Position numbers and translations under genes: made by a program | Notes under the pieces: model-generated | Seen by the model: the letters and a program-made list of their open reading frames with translations, nothing else | What the model was told of the DNA's origin: nothing | Database searches by the model: none | Part shown: piece after piece, positions 39,442 to 48,854 of the stretch | How the letters are laid out: every line of letters starts with the position of its first letter | Numbering within the stretch: position 1 is the first letter of the stretch | Virus record (IMG/VR): IMGVR_UViG_2684623188_000002 | DNA: 64,000 nt | Source: an uncultured virus (IMG/VR IMGVR_UViG_2684623188_000002) | Lineage: Duplodnaviria > Heunggongvirae > Uroviricota > Caudoviricetes | Strand: one strand, 5' to 3'

Positions 39442-39702
39442 CTACCCTGCCACCTCAAACACATGCCCGCGCCGAGCCCAGGCATAAGCCACCACACCCG
39501 CATGGATCATCACAGTGAACGGGCTCACGTAATGCCCCTGGATCGCCGCGGCGAAATCACCGAATGCACCAATGGCTACCAAATAGAACGAGATGCTGAG
39601 CATCGGTTGCTCGATCGGGCGTACACGGCGCAAGTAGTCAATCGAGGCAATCACTACCAGCACACACAGAAAGGCATCTACTCCTCCCAAGATAGGATTC
39701 AT
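39442..39702 (-). CDS. Holin-associated membrane protein
   Basis: Three TM segments directly after holin-like gene. Confidence 0.6.
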   Translation of the reverse strand: MNPILGGVDAFLCVLVVIASIDYLRRVRPIEQPMLSISFYLVAIGAFGDFAAAIQGHYVSPFTVMIHAGVVAYAWARRGHVFEVAG

Positions 39703-39704
39703 GA

Positions 39705-40016
39705 TCAGGCGCTCCCGGTTGCGCCGAAACGTCCCGCCAACGCCTTGAGGCCGGGGATGATGTTCATCGCCAGCAGGCCAATCAGGAAAGCGACACCATT
39801 CTGAGTGTCACTATCTGGTGGAAGCCCGAACTGGTGAACAGCCAGGGGCGTGGTGAAAATCGCGGACAGGAAGCCGGTGGCCACCGCCCAGAATGCCTGT
39901 TTACGCGTCAGTCCCTGCAATAGGGTCAACGATACGCAAGCGCCCGCGAAACCAGCCACAGCTACGCCGTACTTCGCAACAAGCGCAGCCGCAGCTGTAG
40001 ATGCTGGTTCAGCCAT
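39705..40016 (-). CDS. Putative holin
   Basis: MAEPAS start, three TM segments, first core late gene. Confidence 0.65.
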   Translation of the reverse strand: MAEPASTAAAALVAKYGVAVAGFAGACVSLTLLQGLTRKQAFWAVATGFLSAIFTTPLAVHQFGLPPDSDTQNGVAFLIGLLAMNIIPGLKALAGRFGATGSA

Positions 40017-40193
40017 TTGATACTCCAGAAAATGAAAAAGCCCCGCAGATGGCGAGGCAAGGGAACAAAACAGATAGATCAGTAGAAAATTCAGATAACC
40101 CTTAGATCTTTAGCTCTGAGCATGTGAGGACAATTAGCTCAACTCCCAGAGCGACAAGGCTCCCGAGCCCCTCCCCCAGCCAAAGAGAAGACT

Positions 40194-40376
40194 ATGCTAG
40201 AGATCACCCGGTATGTCGGCAAAGCCATACGCATTGATGACGAAATTCAAATCAAGGTGTTTGAAATTGATCGCAACAAGGTGATTCTAGGACTCGAGGC
40301 CCCAAAACACGTCAGGATCCGTCGAGCAGAGCTCGATCTGCAGACTACGGACAAGAAGAGTAATAACCCCAAGTGA
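40194..40376 (+). CDS. csrA: CsrA/RsmA-like protein
   Basis: ML.ITR..G..I.I.D.I.I.V......V..G..APK.V.I.R.EL pattern. Confidence 0.82.
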   Translation: MLEITRYVGKAIRIDDEIQIKVFEIDRNKVILGLEAPKHVRIRRAELDLQTTDKKSNNPK

Positions 40377-40473
40377 GTAAGGTGGCTCTCCATACACTCG
40401 ACTCCGTGACATGCATGAGAACTTGGCCTTCAGCCATGTAGAATTCTCTCGTCAATAATCCAAGGACAAGGGC

Positions 40474-40863
40474 ATGAACAAAAAAATTGTGGCTGGACTC
40501 TTCGCATCCTTCGGCGTGATCACCAGCCCACACGCAGACTCTTTCACAAGTGCCGACATCTGCAAGGCGGCAATTTCAGTAGAAATGGGCCGACCAACCA
40601 AAACGATGAAAACCAAACATTCCGAGCCAAACCCGGAGATTTCCTATCGACGTCCAGACGGAGACTCATTCCGATATCGGTGCCAGGTGACTGAAGATCG
40701 CGTGATCTGGTCGGCCTTCATGAACGATACAAGCGAATGGGGCCGCTGGCGAAACCGTTACTCAGAGGGTGACGCGTCTACGACTTACTCTGTGTCTAAT
40801 GGACTTTTAACGATAAGTAATGATCAGTCGGGCGACCAGACCTTCAAGAAAAAAGATTTCTGA
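40474..40863 (+). CDS. Secreted hypothetical protein
   Basis: Signal peptide, ICKAAI, Y.RPDG...Y.C, GRWR. Confidence 0.7.
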   Translation: MNKKIVAGLFASFGVITSPHADSFTSADICKAAISVEMGRPTKTMKTKHSEPNPEISYRRPDGDSFRYRCQVTEDRVIWSAFMNDTSEWGRWRNRYSEGDASTTYSVSNGLLTISNDQSGDQTFKKKDF

Positions 40864-40869
40864 GGTCCT

Positions 40870-41075
40870 GAGTGGGGGCGCAGTTTTCCCCATTGTCCGC
40901 CAAAGACCTTCACGACGCCGGCGCCCTTCTGTGCCAGTCTCGTCGATCCATATCGCACCACCTTGGAAGCACAAGCCAGGTCAAGATGCGCGGGGTGCCG
41001 GTTTTGATTCCGTACGTCGCACCATCCGGCTATCGACGTCCAGGCCTTCCCGAGGGCTGTCCTGGCTACAGGTAA
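40870..41075 (-). ncRNA. Putative structured RNA in late leader
   Basis: Nested stems CCAGG/CCTGG, CGTCGAT/ATCGACG, GCCGG/CCGGC, TGGGG/CCCCA. Confidence 0.4.
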
Positions 41076-41135
41076 ATTCGAGGTAATAAAAACCCGCCGA
41101 GTGGCGGGTTTGCGGAGGCAAAGTAGCACCAAAGG

Positions 41136-41591
41136 CTACGCAGATCTGATCTTGCTGATTGCCTGGCTGAAAAGAGCTTCGTAGAGAGTTTCGAAGGTAG
41201 GCCCCTTAAAGGCCTCTGGAAACCCATCGACCTTCGCGAAGTACATATCGCCTGCCGACCACATGGTTAACTTAAAGGCCTTGCTTGGCTCTACGCACTG
41301 CGTGGCTTCACTCCCATACGCAAGCCTCAAGCCGAAGGTGACACTCCGCTCGCTCCGAGGCAGCTTATCCACGCTACAGCGATCAAATTGCCCACGATCG
41401 TTGATGACTCCCGCGGTTACGACGGTTATTTCAGACCCGTCAACGGTGACCGTCTGATCGGGCGAGACACCGAGATAATGCGCGAGATTGCAACGGATGT
41501 TATCGACCATGCCATGCAGATTGGCCCAATAGGTCTGATCGGCTGCCTTCTCACTTTGGTACTTTTCCTGTAACTGCGCGAACCTTGTCAT
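41136..41591 (-). CDS. Hypothetical moron protein
   Basis: 151 aa between two terminators, GAGGGA SD. Confidence 0.65.
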   Translation of the reverse strand: MTRFAQLQEKYQSEKAADQTYWANLHGMVDNIRCNLAHYLGVSPDQTVTVDGSEITVVTAGVINDRGQFDRCSVDKLPRSERSVTFGLRLAYGSEATQCVEPSKAFKLTMWSAGDMYFAKVDGFPEAFKGPTFETLYEALFSQAISKIRSA

Positions 41592-41644
41592 CTGCGTCCC
41601 TCTTATGAATTGACGCCATCAGAGTGCCACATCAGACAAAAACG

Positions 41645-41671
41645 AAAAAGCCCGACTCAATGGCCGGGCTT
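41645..41671 (-). terminator. tR'-like terminator
   Basis: AAGCCCGGC-CATTGA-GTCGGGCTTTTT on minus strand shortly after promoter. Confidence 0.8.
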
Positions 41672-41712
41672 CTTTATTCGTGTGCGTGTTGCGTGAATTG
41701 CGCACTATGGGA

Positions 41713-41741
41713 AAAGTACACGCAACTCCCCGTCATGTCAA
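41713..41741 (-). promoter_or_regulatory. Late promoter pR'-like
   Basis: TTGACA-N17-TACTTT immediately after Q-like gene. Confidence 0.75.
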
Positions 41742-41746
41742 TATGT

Positions 41747-42424
41747 TTATGCCGCATCTTCTTCTTTTTCCGCGTGAATAACCTGCCACACCGGATGTTG
41801 TGCCTGAATATCCACTTCCCTGATGACTTCTTTCAGGGATTCCCACAAGTCCAGCCAGTCACGCGTCCAGTTCTTCGGATCAATAGTCACACCGAAGAAG
41901 GTCTTCATCTCGGCGGCGACCCGGGCCGGACCCCATTCAACAGCCCCGACCACTTCCCCCTTGTACGATTGCAGGGCCAGGGAGACCAGGTACTGCGCCT
42001 TCACGCGCTTGGCCGATGTCAGGTCTGGCAGCCTGGCCTTGGCGGTGATCAGCAGCACCGCGTTCATGACGTGGCGCATGGTCATTGCTGGGTGATAGAG
42101 ATAGTGTCCGAACTGCTGCACCTGAAACGGTAGCGTGTCGATGGCGCGCAACACCTTGCCGATGGTGGCCAGGTGCGCGGCACGAGCGGTAGACCGGCCA
42201 ATCGGCGTGCGGCGCGTCTCGCTGATACTGATCTTCTGCCGAACGATCCGGATGCGTTCCTCCTTGTCCTCGCCCAGTGCGGCAAACACGGCCTCGTGAC
42301 GGCGCATACGGTTACCGGCCTTTACTGGTGCCGATTCCGCTTTCTCGATTGCCACAGCGCTGATTGACGCGTTCGATTCGTGCTGCGACTCAGTCCACAC
42401 CTGTCTTGCATTGATCAGCTTCAT
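41747..42424 (-). CDS. Late antiterminator, Q-like
   Basis: Last early-right gene, followed by promoter and terminator. Confidence 0.65.
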   Translation of the reverse strand: MKLINARQVWTESQHESNASISAVAIEKAESAPVKAGNRMRRHEAVFAALGEDKEERIRIVRQKISISETRRTPIGRSTARAAHLATIGKVLRAIDTLPFQVQQFGHYLYHPAMTMRHVMNAVLLITAKARLPDLTSAKRVKAQYLVSLALQSYKGEVVGAVEWGPARVAAEMKTFFGVTIDPKNWTRDWLDLWESLKEVIREVDIQAQHPVWQVIHAEKEEDAA

Positions 42425-43041
42425 GCTGCTGCCCTCTTCAATTCTTTGATCATTGCCCGGTAATCGGCCTTGATGGTTTTCAGTTCTTCAATGGTGTAAC
42501 GCTGGGGCACATGAGGCCCTTCAAGCCAATTCATCTTGTCGGCGCCGATGCGCTTAACCAGCTCAATGCGGTAGTTCACGATGTCGCCGGACTTGTGGTT
42601 ATTGCACGGTGCGCACTGCTTGTGGACGTTCAGCGGCTCGAAGCGCAGCTCCGGGTTCGCTCCCACGGTGCGGTAGTGTCCGGCGTGGTACTGACCTTCG
42701 TGGTGGCGGCCGCAGCTCACACACGGCAATGCGGCGTCACGCAGGCGGATCCACTCGTTGAACACGACCTGTGTTTCGCGCAGATGGTCGGCCCGGCTCT
42801 TCAGCTTCTCCTTGCGGACCTTGATGTCCTTGCGCTCGATGTCGGCCAGCGCCTTGCGTGCGCGGACCTGATTGGCCGGCGCGTGAGCGATAGCGCAAGC
42901 GATCTCCCCGCACACTGCTTGGAAGTTGCGTACCGGAGTGAACATGGCTTCGCACACTTTGCAGCGCTTCTTGCGGCGTTCGCGTGCGTTGATTCCGCCG
43001 GAGGTAAATGGCGCTGTTCGCTTCAGCTCTGTGCGCTTCAT
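42421..43041 (-). CDS. ninG: NinG/Rap-like nuclease
   Basis: FNEWIRLRD, CVSCG, HAGHY, HKQC..CN. Confidence 0.9.
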   Translation of the reverse strand: MKRTELKRTAPFTSGGINARERRKKRCKVCEAMFTPVRNFQAVCGEIACAIAHAPANQVRARKALADIERKDIKVRKEKLKSRADHLRETQVVFNEWIRLRDAALPCVSCGRHHEGQYHAGHYRTVGANPELRFEPLNVHKQCAPCNNHKSGDIVNYRIELVKRIGADKMNWLEGPHVPQRYTIEELKTIKADYRAMIKELKRAAA

Positions 43042-43625
43042 GCGTAACTCCCCAACTGATCAGCAGCAGCCAGAGCGTCAGCTTCACTCTCAAAAATCAC
43101 AGACAGCACCAACCGCCAGCAGGCGTTGAAGACGTCGCGGTAAAGCGGCTCGAAAGCGGTGTCGTCCATATTCGCCCAACTGATGGACTTGGCCTCTTTG
43201 CGGATGCCTTCGGGCGTATGCACCAAGTGGTAATGGCCGGCTTCGATCGTTACCCACTCGCGAAACGCCTCACGGCTCTTGTCGACTGCCGGGAAGCGCT
43301 CGGCCCGCGCCTGCTCCAGTCCGGTGATGTACGCGGCGACCGCATTCGAAAGCTGCCCCGGCTTACCGCTCTGTGCCTCGAAGAACTTGGCCAGCCCCTG
43401 AATGCCGCGCATCTCCTGCCGAGGAATGAGGCCACCAACCGGTTCCCAATATTCCCAGGCCAGATCGAGCATGGAAAAGAACTTGCCGTGGAATTTGCCG
43501 TTGCGCATCCGGGTGAACTTGCCATGAATGACCTGGCCAGCCTTCCACTTCTGGACGGTTTCGCGATCAGCTTCGGTGGCCGGCACCAAGCCTTGGGCAG
43601 TGCGAATCAGCGCGAGCTCAGCCAT
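43038..43625 (-). CDS. DUF1367-like nin-region protein
   Basis: RN.KFH.KFF, FREWVTIEAG, KSISWANMD. Confidence 0.8.
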   Translation of the reverse strand: MAELALIRTAQGLVPATEADRETVQKWKAGQVIHGKFTRMRNGKFHGKFFSMLDLAWEYWEPVGGLIPRQEMRGIQGLAKFFEAQSGKPGQLSNAVAAYITGLEQARAERFPAVDKSREAFREWVTIEAGHYHLVHTPEGIRKEAKSISWANMDDTAFEPLYRDVFNACWRLVLSVIFESEADALAAADQLGSYA

Positions 43626-43635
43626 GACGCGCCCC

Positions 43636-44142
43636 TTAAAGACTTTTCAGAAGGGATTGCAGCTGCTTGAGCTTGCCGACTGCTTCAGCATTGCCCTCCC
43701 GCTCCGCCTCAACGGATAGAGCGACCTCTTCAATGCGCTCAGCCAGTTTCTTCATACGCCGGCCGACCTCATCAGAAAGACTGATTACCTCACTGGACAA
43801 CGAAGCCAATACGTCGAGGGCGCCAGCCTCTGGTTTCTTGATTGCTACTACGGCCTGCTTGGCTGCCTGGGTCATGACTTGCTCCTTCTTGGGTTTTGGG
43901 GTTGCGGCATCACGTTGAAACTTTCCACCTACGGGCTCACGGATAAGCCCGGCGTCTTTGAGTTCGCCCAAGGCCCGGCGGACTGCATACGGCGATGCGC
44001 CGGTCGCCTTGGCTGTCGATGCCGCGCCATGGATTTCGTGATTGCTCCAGCTCGTTTGAATTGGGACGTAGCCAAAGACCTTTTGGGCGATCGAAGACTG
44101 GCCGGCTAGGATTTGGGCTTGCCGGGATTCATTCATAGCCAT
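43636..44142 (-). CDS. Hypothetical wHTH plus coiled-coil protein
   Basis: L.ELKDAGLIRE; coupled to upstream gene. Confidence 0.7.
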   Translation of the reverse strand: MAMNESRQAQILAGQSSIAQKVFGYVPIQTSWSNHEIHGAASTAKATGASPYAVRRALGELKDAGLIREPVGGKFQRDAATPKPKKEQVMTQAAKQAVVAIKKPEAGALDVLASLSSEVISLSDEVGRRMKKLAERIEEVALSVEAEREGNAEAVGKLKQLQSLLKSL

Positions 44143-44936
44143 CAGAAACTCTCCTTGTGTTGTACGGCAGCGATGGCCACGCGGACCTTCCGCTTACGCA
44201 GATACGTATCGACTCGATCGGCCTGGGCCTTCTTGAGTCGTTGGCGGTCCTGCCGAGCCTTCGCCGCATCGACGATCTGGCGAACTTCAGCCAGCTTTTC
44301 GCGCAGGTGTGGCGACGGTTGCGCGGTGGAACCGGTGAGCAGCCCGGCAATGGCCTGACCGTCGGCGGTGATTGGTGCAATGCGCAGGTCGGCCAGGTAC
44401 TGGATGCCGGCCTGCTGGGTGATCAGTTGCATACGGACCGCTGATTCGATGGCCATGACCCGACGTGCCGGATCGAATCCGAGGGAAACGCTCCAGGTCG
44501 TTGGGACTGCCTCAGCACGTGCGGCGGCCACCAGTCGCTCATAGGCACTCATGAACGCCATACGGGCACCAACCTTGTCGCCAAGCCGCAGGATCGGCGA
44601 GGCGGCGGTCATGGCTTGCTGGATTTCGGTGGTCATCACCACGGTTTCGATCTCGTCGCCCGCCAATAGCGCGATCGACCACGCTTCGTCCTTGCCTGGG
44701 CGGCCATCCTTGAGCTGGACGCGTGACAGAATGTCAGCCATGGCCAGCTTGCCCTTCACTTCGCTACGACAGGCTTTCAGCGCGACACGAACGGCCGGCA
44801 CTGGATAAACAGATAGATCCTCGGCCATCATCGCCGCGGTGCCAGGATTCATCTCCTGACCCATAGCCTCAGCCGTGGCACAGATGGCAGCGGCCAGACC
44901 AGCGACCTGAGCGTCGTTCATCTCAAAGGTACTCAT
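44142..44936 (-). CDS. Replication protein, gpP position
   Basis: Overlaps initiator stop; DGRPG.DEAW. Confidence 0.6.
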   Translation of the reverse strand: MSTFEMNDAQVAGLAAAICATAEAMGQEMNPGTAAMMAEDLSVYPVPAVRVALKACRSEVKGKLAMADILSRVQLKDGRPGKDEAWSIALLAGDEIETVVMTTEIQQAMTAASPILRLGDKVGARMAFMSAYERLVAAARAEAVPTTWSVSLGFDPARRVMAIESAVRMQLITQQAGIQYLADLRIAPITADGQAIAGLLTGSTAQPSPHLREKLAEVRQIVDAAKARQDRQRLKKAQADRVDTYLRKRKVRVAIAAVQHKESF

Positions 44937-45906
44937 TGCGCTCTCCTGCCTGGCGCTTGGCCAAGACCATTTGAGCCGCTTGCTCGGCGGCGGACAGGTT
45001 GGCCTCAGTGCGTTCCTGCTGGCGGGCGGTGGTCCCGTTGATGCGCTGACCAGTCACCCACTGGGTGTGATAGCTCTCGGCGTTCGCCAGCAGTTCGTTG
45101 AGGCTGTGGCATTTGCGCAGGACGGAGGCATCATTGGTTTTCAGGAAGTGAGCGGCAACGTGGTGAGCAACGTCGGCGCCGAGGCGGTCAACAAGCTGGC
45201 CGAGCTGGCCACCGACCTTTGCGTTCCACACCGGCCAGGTGCTGTAGCGTTTGCGATATGCCATCGCATAGTTGGCCCATGCCTTGAAGGTTTTGCAGGC
45301 CTGGTCTTTCGGCCCTGGCATGTCGGCTGGAATTTCAACCCGTGGAGCTTCGGTGCGATCAACCACCAGCACCAATCCGCCGGACCGGATCGGCTTGCCC
45401 GAACCGCTGTCCTGTAAATCCTGATTACTGGTTTCCTGATTGGTACCCTGATTATTGGTACCCTGATTTGTCGGAGATTTTTCCGACCCTGGCTCGGATT
45501 TTTTTCCGACCTTGCTCGGAGATTTATCCGAGGTAGATCGGATTTTTTTCCGACCATCGAGTGCATCAGAGGTCGGATATTTTTCCGACCCATCCAGTTT
45601 ACGGTTCCACTCTTTGGCTTTCTCGGTCAGGCGAATCAAGGTGATGCTGGAAGTACTGGAAAGCTCAATCAGGCCCGAGTCTTTCAGTGCTTTGAGAAGG
45701 CGATATGCGGTGTCCGGCTTATCGGTCAACAGCGGCAGCTCATCGACGATCTTGCTCTTGCTCAGAGCGAAGTAGATCCCAGTGTCCGTCTTGATTGGAT
45801 TGGCCCAGCTCGGGCACTCATAGACGAAGGCAAACAGCAGGGCTTGCTGTGCGTTCAAGCCCCACTCCAATGCCTTCGCCTGATTGATCGTGACGGTGTA
45901 TTGCAT
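44923..45906 (-). CDS. Replication initiator, gpO-like
   Basis: N-terminal wHTH, internal iterons; ATG at 45906. Confidence 0.8.
   Translation of the reverse strand: MQYTVTINQAKALEWGLNAQQALLFAFVYECPSWANPIKTDTGIYFALSKSKIVDELPLLTDKPDTAYRLLKALKDSGLIELSSTSSITLIRLTEKAKEWNRKLDGSEKYPTSDALDGRKKIRSTSDKSPSKVGKKSEPGSEKSPTNQGTNNQGTNQETSNQDLQDSGSGKPIRSGGLVLVVDRTEAPRVEIPADMPGPKDQACKTFKAWANYAMAYRKRYSTWPVWNAKVGGQLGQLVDRLGADVAHHVAAHFLKTNDASVLRKCHSLNELLANAESYHTQWVTGQRINGTTARQQERTEANLSAAEQAAQMVLAKRQAGERNEYL
45420..45595. repeat. Replication origin iterons
   Basis: Four TTTTTCCGACC copies and TTGGTACCCTGA repeats inside initiator gene. Confidence 0.75.
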
Positions 45907-45907
45907 G

Positions 45908-46714
45908 TCAGGCCTTCCCGACCAGTGCGGCCAATTCAAGAAAGCGATCCACGTACCAATGAGGCTGCGTTTCGCGAGGGCATTGAGGGCTGGTGAGGTT
46001 CTTGCCGTACTGGAGGCCCTTTTCAGTCACGGACCAGAAGTCGACGATTTGCTGTTTGGAGTTTTTGCGCTTTTGCTGCTTGAGGTAGCCATGCTTCGCC
46101 AAGAGACGATTGAAGGCAGCCGCGGTGCTGGCAATGCCATGATCTTTGATCAGCGCGGTGACAGCCTTGGTCGGCATGGAGCTGCTGCCCATGGCATCTG
46201 GTGCAGCATCCACGGCGTAGCCCGGGAGGAATTTCGGGTTGAGCCCATTGTTCTCGGCGATCTTGGTGAGCATGGCCATCTGGCAGGACGCGGCAGGCTT
46301 CAGCAGGCGCGTGAAGCACTCCATGATGGCGATCTCTCCGACGACTTTGGTGCCATTGGCGATTACCTGCTCGCGGGCGCCCTGCTGCTGCTCCAGCTCC
46401 CGCCACCGGCGAATCACCTTCATGCGCATCGGCGCGCTATAGCCGGTGAGCAGGCAGTCGGTGTGTTCGCGGTCGAGCATGTACTCGACCTGCTCGCGGT
46501 TTTGTCCATCCAGGTAGATGTGCTCAAAATTGAGTACATCTACCTTCAGCTCTTTCAGCATTGCCACGATGTCACGCTTCACGTTGGCGTGACGCTTTCC
46601 GGTGACGTTTGCGATCTCGCGCGAGGACATGGTGGTACGCGACACGTTTTGCGAATTATGAAAACGTGTCGCGACATGGAGCGGGGTATTGCTTGAAATG
46701 GGTTGGCTCTGCAT
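45908..46714 (-). CDS. Rha-family / antirepressor-like protein
   Basis: MSSREIA..TGKRH.NV.RDI, LLTGYS..R; C-terminal W.VTEKGL.YG.N.TSP..PRETQPHWY. Confidence 0.85.
   Translation of the reverse strand: MQSQPISSNTPLHVATRFHNSQNVSRTTMSSREIANVTGKRHANVKRDIVAMLKELKVDVLNFEHIYLDGQNREQVEYMLDREHTDCLLTGYSAPMRMKVIRRWRELEQQQGAREQVIANGTKVVGEIAIMECFTRLLKPAASCQMAMLTKIAENNGLNPKFLPGYAVDAAPDAMGSSSMPTKAVTALIKDHGIASTAAAFNRLLAKHGYLKQQKRKNSKQQIVDFWSVTEKGLQYGKNLTSPQCPRETQPHWYVDRFLELAALVGKA
46638..46676. repeat. CGCGACAC-N20-GTGTCGCG palindrome, copy 2
   Basis: 13-bp perfect arms CGCGACACGTTTT/AAAACGTGTCGCG. Confidence 0.8.
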
Positions 46715-46723
46715 AATTGGCCC

Positions 46724-46768
46724 TCTCTAGTTTTGCGAATCAGCCGACCTTCTCCGTCGGCTTTTTTG
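46724..46768 (+). ncRNA. Putative ~45-nt antisense RNA over Rha SD
   Basis: TTGCTT-N17-CATAAT (46689-46717) and terminator AGCCGAC-CTTCTCC-GTCGGCT-TTTTT. Confidence 0.55.
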
Positions 46769-46785
46769 TGTCTGGGATTTGGGTA

Positions 46786-46801
46786 CTGGATGAATCAACA
46801 G
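46786..46801. promoter_or_regulatory. LexA (SOS) box-like site
   Basis: taCTGGATGAATCAACAG = CTG-N10-CAG. Confidence 0.6.
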
Positions 46802-46875
46802 CGACTTCAGGTTTCTATCCGTGCAGACCGGTAAAGCCGATACTGGCTACATGAATCGGTGGGCAGATTTGCCAG

Positions 46876-47082
46876 TTACGCTGCCTGCTTTTTTGTCTGG
46901 TTCTGTGATGGAAACGGCCTAACTTCTTCGGCTTCGCATCGCCCGTCCGGATAAGGCGTGACGTAAATATCGCGCCCCACTCTTATCGCCTTGCTAAGCG
47001 CACCCTGCGTCATATTCAGCAGGTTGGCTGCCTCGCACTGCCCAAGACAGCGGGCAAAATCAGTAATGTGAATTCGGTTCAT
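46876..47082 (-). CDS. cro: Cro-like repressor
   Basis: GQ.EAA.LL.MTQGALSKAIR.GR.I.V...EEVRPFPS; divergent from cI. Confidence 0.92.
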   Translation of the reverse strand: MNRIHITDFARCLGQCEAANLLNMTQGALSKAIRVGRDIYVTPYPDGRCEAEEVRPFPSQNQTKKQAA

Positions 47083-47115
47083 GGGAGAGCTCTCCGCGGT
47101 TCTTCATGCGAAGAT

Positions 47116-47179
47116 ATTACCTATGGCATTTTTGAAAGTAAATGCCATTGGCATTTGTGGCTATATTACCGATGGGAAT
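47116..47179. promoter_or_regulatory. OR: three 15-bp operators
   Basis: ATTACCTATGGCATT (47116), AATGCCATTGGCATT (47141), ATTACCGATGGGAAT (47165). Confidence 0.85.
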
Positions 47180-47190
47180 ACGATTCGGGG

Positions 47191-47961
47191 ATGAGCAAAA
47201 AGCCCTTACCGCAAGACAAGAAAGATGAGTGCCTTCGACTGAAGGCCATCTTCAATTCGAAAAAAAATGAGCTCGGCTTGACCCAGGAGAAGCTGGCGCA
47301 CGCTCTGGAAATGAACCAGAGCTCAGTGAGTCACTACCTCAATGGCGTGAATCCTCTCAATTCATCTGTAGCCGCCTCATTCGCGAGCATATTGAAAGTA
47401 GATGTCCGCGAGTTCAGCGAGCGGCTAGCGGATGAAATGGCAAAAATTGCCCAAGCCATAGGATCGAGCAGTGCCAAGGAAAGCAATGTGATTGCAATTG
47501 ATTCACGCAGGAAAGCTCCAGACTCAAACTTCATCACCATCCCCCACTTAGATATCGTTGGCTCCATGGGAAGCGGTCGTACGCCGCCGGAACACCACAT
47601 TGAGGTGATCCGAGATATGACCGTTCACCTCGACTGGCTCAAGACCCAAGGGCTTTCCTACTCCAATCCAGAGAATCTTGCGATCATTGATGGCGACGGC
47701 GACAGCATGGAAGGGACATTCCGAAACGGTGATTCCCTGCTGGTTGATCGCGGTATCACTGAGATACGCACCGATGCTGTTTACGTCTTTACCCTAGACG
47801 GCGACTTGTTCATTAAGCGACTCCAGCGCATGACAGGCGGATCGCTACGCATGATTTCGGATAACCCTGTTTACCCAGCGATCATGATCGAGGGTGCACA
47901 ACTTGATCGGGTCCACATTCAGGCTCGCGTCCTGCTCGTTTGGAATGCGCGGAAGCTGTAA
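47191..47961 (+). CDS. cI: CI repressor (HTH + S24 peptidase)
   Basis: LTQEKLA..QSSVSHYLNG HTH; GDSME and FIKRL. Confidence 0.95.
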   Translation: MSKKPLPQDKKDECLRLKAIFNSKKNELGLTQEKLAHALEMNQSSVSHYLNGVNPLNSSVAASFASILKVDVREFSERLADEMAKIAQAIGSSSAKESNVIAIDSRRKAPDSNFITIPHLDIVGSMGSGRTPPEHHIEVIRDMTVHLDWLKTQGLSYSNPENLAIIDGDGDSMEGTFRNGDSLLVDRGITEIRTDAVYVFTLDGDLFIKRLQRMTGGSLRMISDNPVYPAIMIEGAQLDRVHIQARVLLVWNARKL

Positions 47962-48008
47962 TCAGCCCCCTTCTGGCGCGACTCACATGAATTGATTTGG
48001 AATCAGGC

Positions 48009-48266
48009 ATGAACGACGCGATCAGAGAAATCACCGAAGCTCTAGATCAGCAAATGGAACTGAATTTTTTCATGGCCGGTAAGCTTATAGAGCTATCGCC
48101 ACCCAGCGAACAAAAGCGCCTGAAGAAAGAGCTGCATACTCGGCTCAGTGTACTAAGGGAGCGAACCCTGAAAGCCACATGTGCGCTTGATGTCCTGACG
48201 AGCGATCGCGAGTCTGCCCGCACTACCCTTTTTTCAACACTCAAGAAATGGTTCGCCGGCGGTTGA
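48009..48266 (+). CDS. Hypothetical protein
   Basis: Helical ORF downstream of cI. Confidence 0.55.
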   Translation: MNDAIREITEALDQQMELNFFMAGKLIELSPPSEQKRLKKELHTRLSVLRERTLKATCALDVLTSDRESARTTLFSTLKKWFAGG

Positions 48267-48300
48267 AATCTGGTTCGGTGGGGATCTGTAGGGGGTAGCC

Positions 48301-48528
48301 ATGTCACTCGATAAACCCAATCAAGAGCTGCGCCGTGAGCTCAAGGACATAGCGTCTGGTCTTGAGCAAGCTGCGAGTAAAGTGCCCAGCCTCACCAAGG
48401 GCTGCCAGGGCGAAGAGGTGACAACCGTCCTAAAGCTAATTGCAAAGCTGTATGAGGATGCGGATCGGCTTGCAGCACTCGCTGATGAGGTCAAGGCGGG
48501 AAGGATTGCGCGGGCTAAAGCTGAATAG
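48301..48528 (+). CDS. Small helical hypothetical protein
   Basis: 75 aa; 3' end duplicated at 49035-49076. Confidence 0.7.
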   Translation: MSLDKPNQELRRELKDIASGLEQAASKVPSLTKGCQGEEVTTVLKLIAKLYEDADRLAALADEVKAGRIARAKAE

Positions 48529-48549
48529 CGTGCTAACAATTGAAAGACA

Positions 48550-48786
48550 GTGCAATGCCCTGCAGAAGGGTTACTGAATGCCGAGAAAAAGCCGGAATGT
48601 AAGTCAGCAGTGACTGCTGCTGAAATTGAGCGCTCTATCCAGGCCCTGAACAAAATGGCTGAACGCCTTTGGGGTGATGGCCGAGAAGCTGAGGCAAAAG
48701 CCCTCCTCGATGCTCTGGATGCATTAAACCGGGCGCTTGATCGGATCAGAATTGGAGAGAGTCGCAGGGTTACGACACTTCACTGA
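48550..48786 (+). CDS. Small helical hypothetical protein (start uncertain)
   Basis: AAEIERSIQALNKMAERLW amphipathic helices. Confidence 0.55.
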   Translation: MQCPAEGLLNAEKKPECKSAVTAAEIERSIQALNKMAERLWGDGREAEAKALLDALDALNRALDRIRIGESRRVTTLH

Positions 48787-48854
48787 GAGATGTACGAGTC
48801 AGCCGACCGCCGAGTTGTAGGCTGGTGAAATTGACGGAACGAAGGCAGACATCT

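Noticed and set aside
45420..45595. Repeat cluster as CRISPR-like array
   Set aside because: Short iterons inside the initiator gene, irregular spacing, no cas genes
47068..47190. 41-aa N-terminal extension of CI in the ORF track
   Set aside because: Overlaps cro start and OR operators; ATG at 47191 fits better
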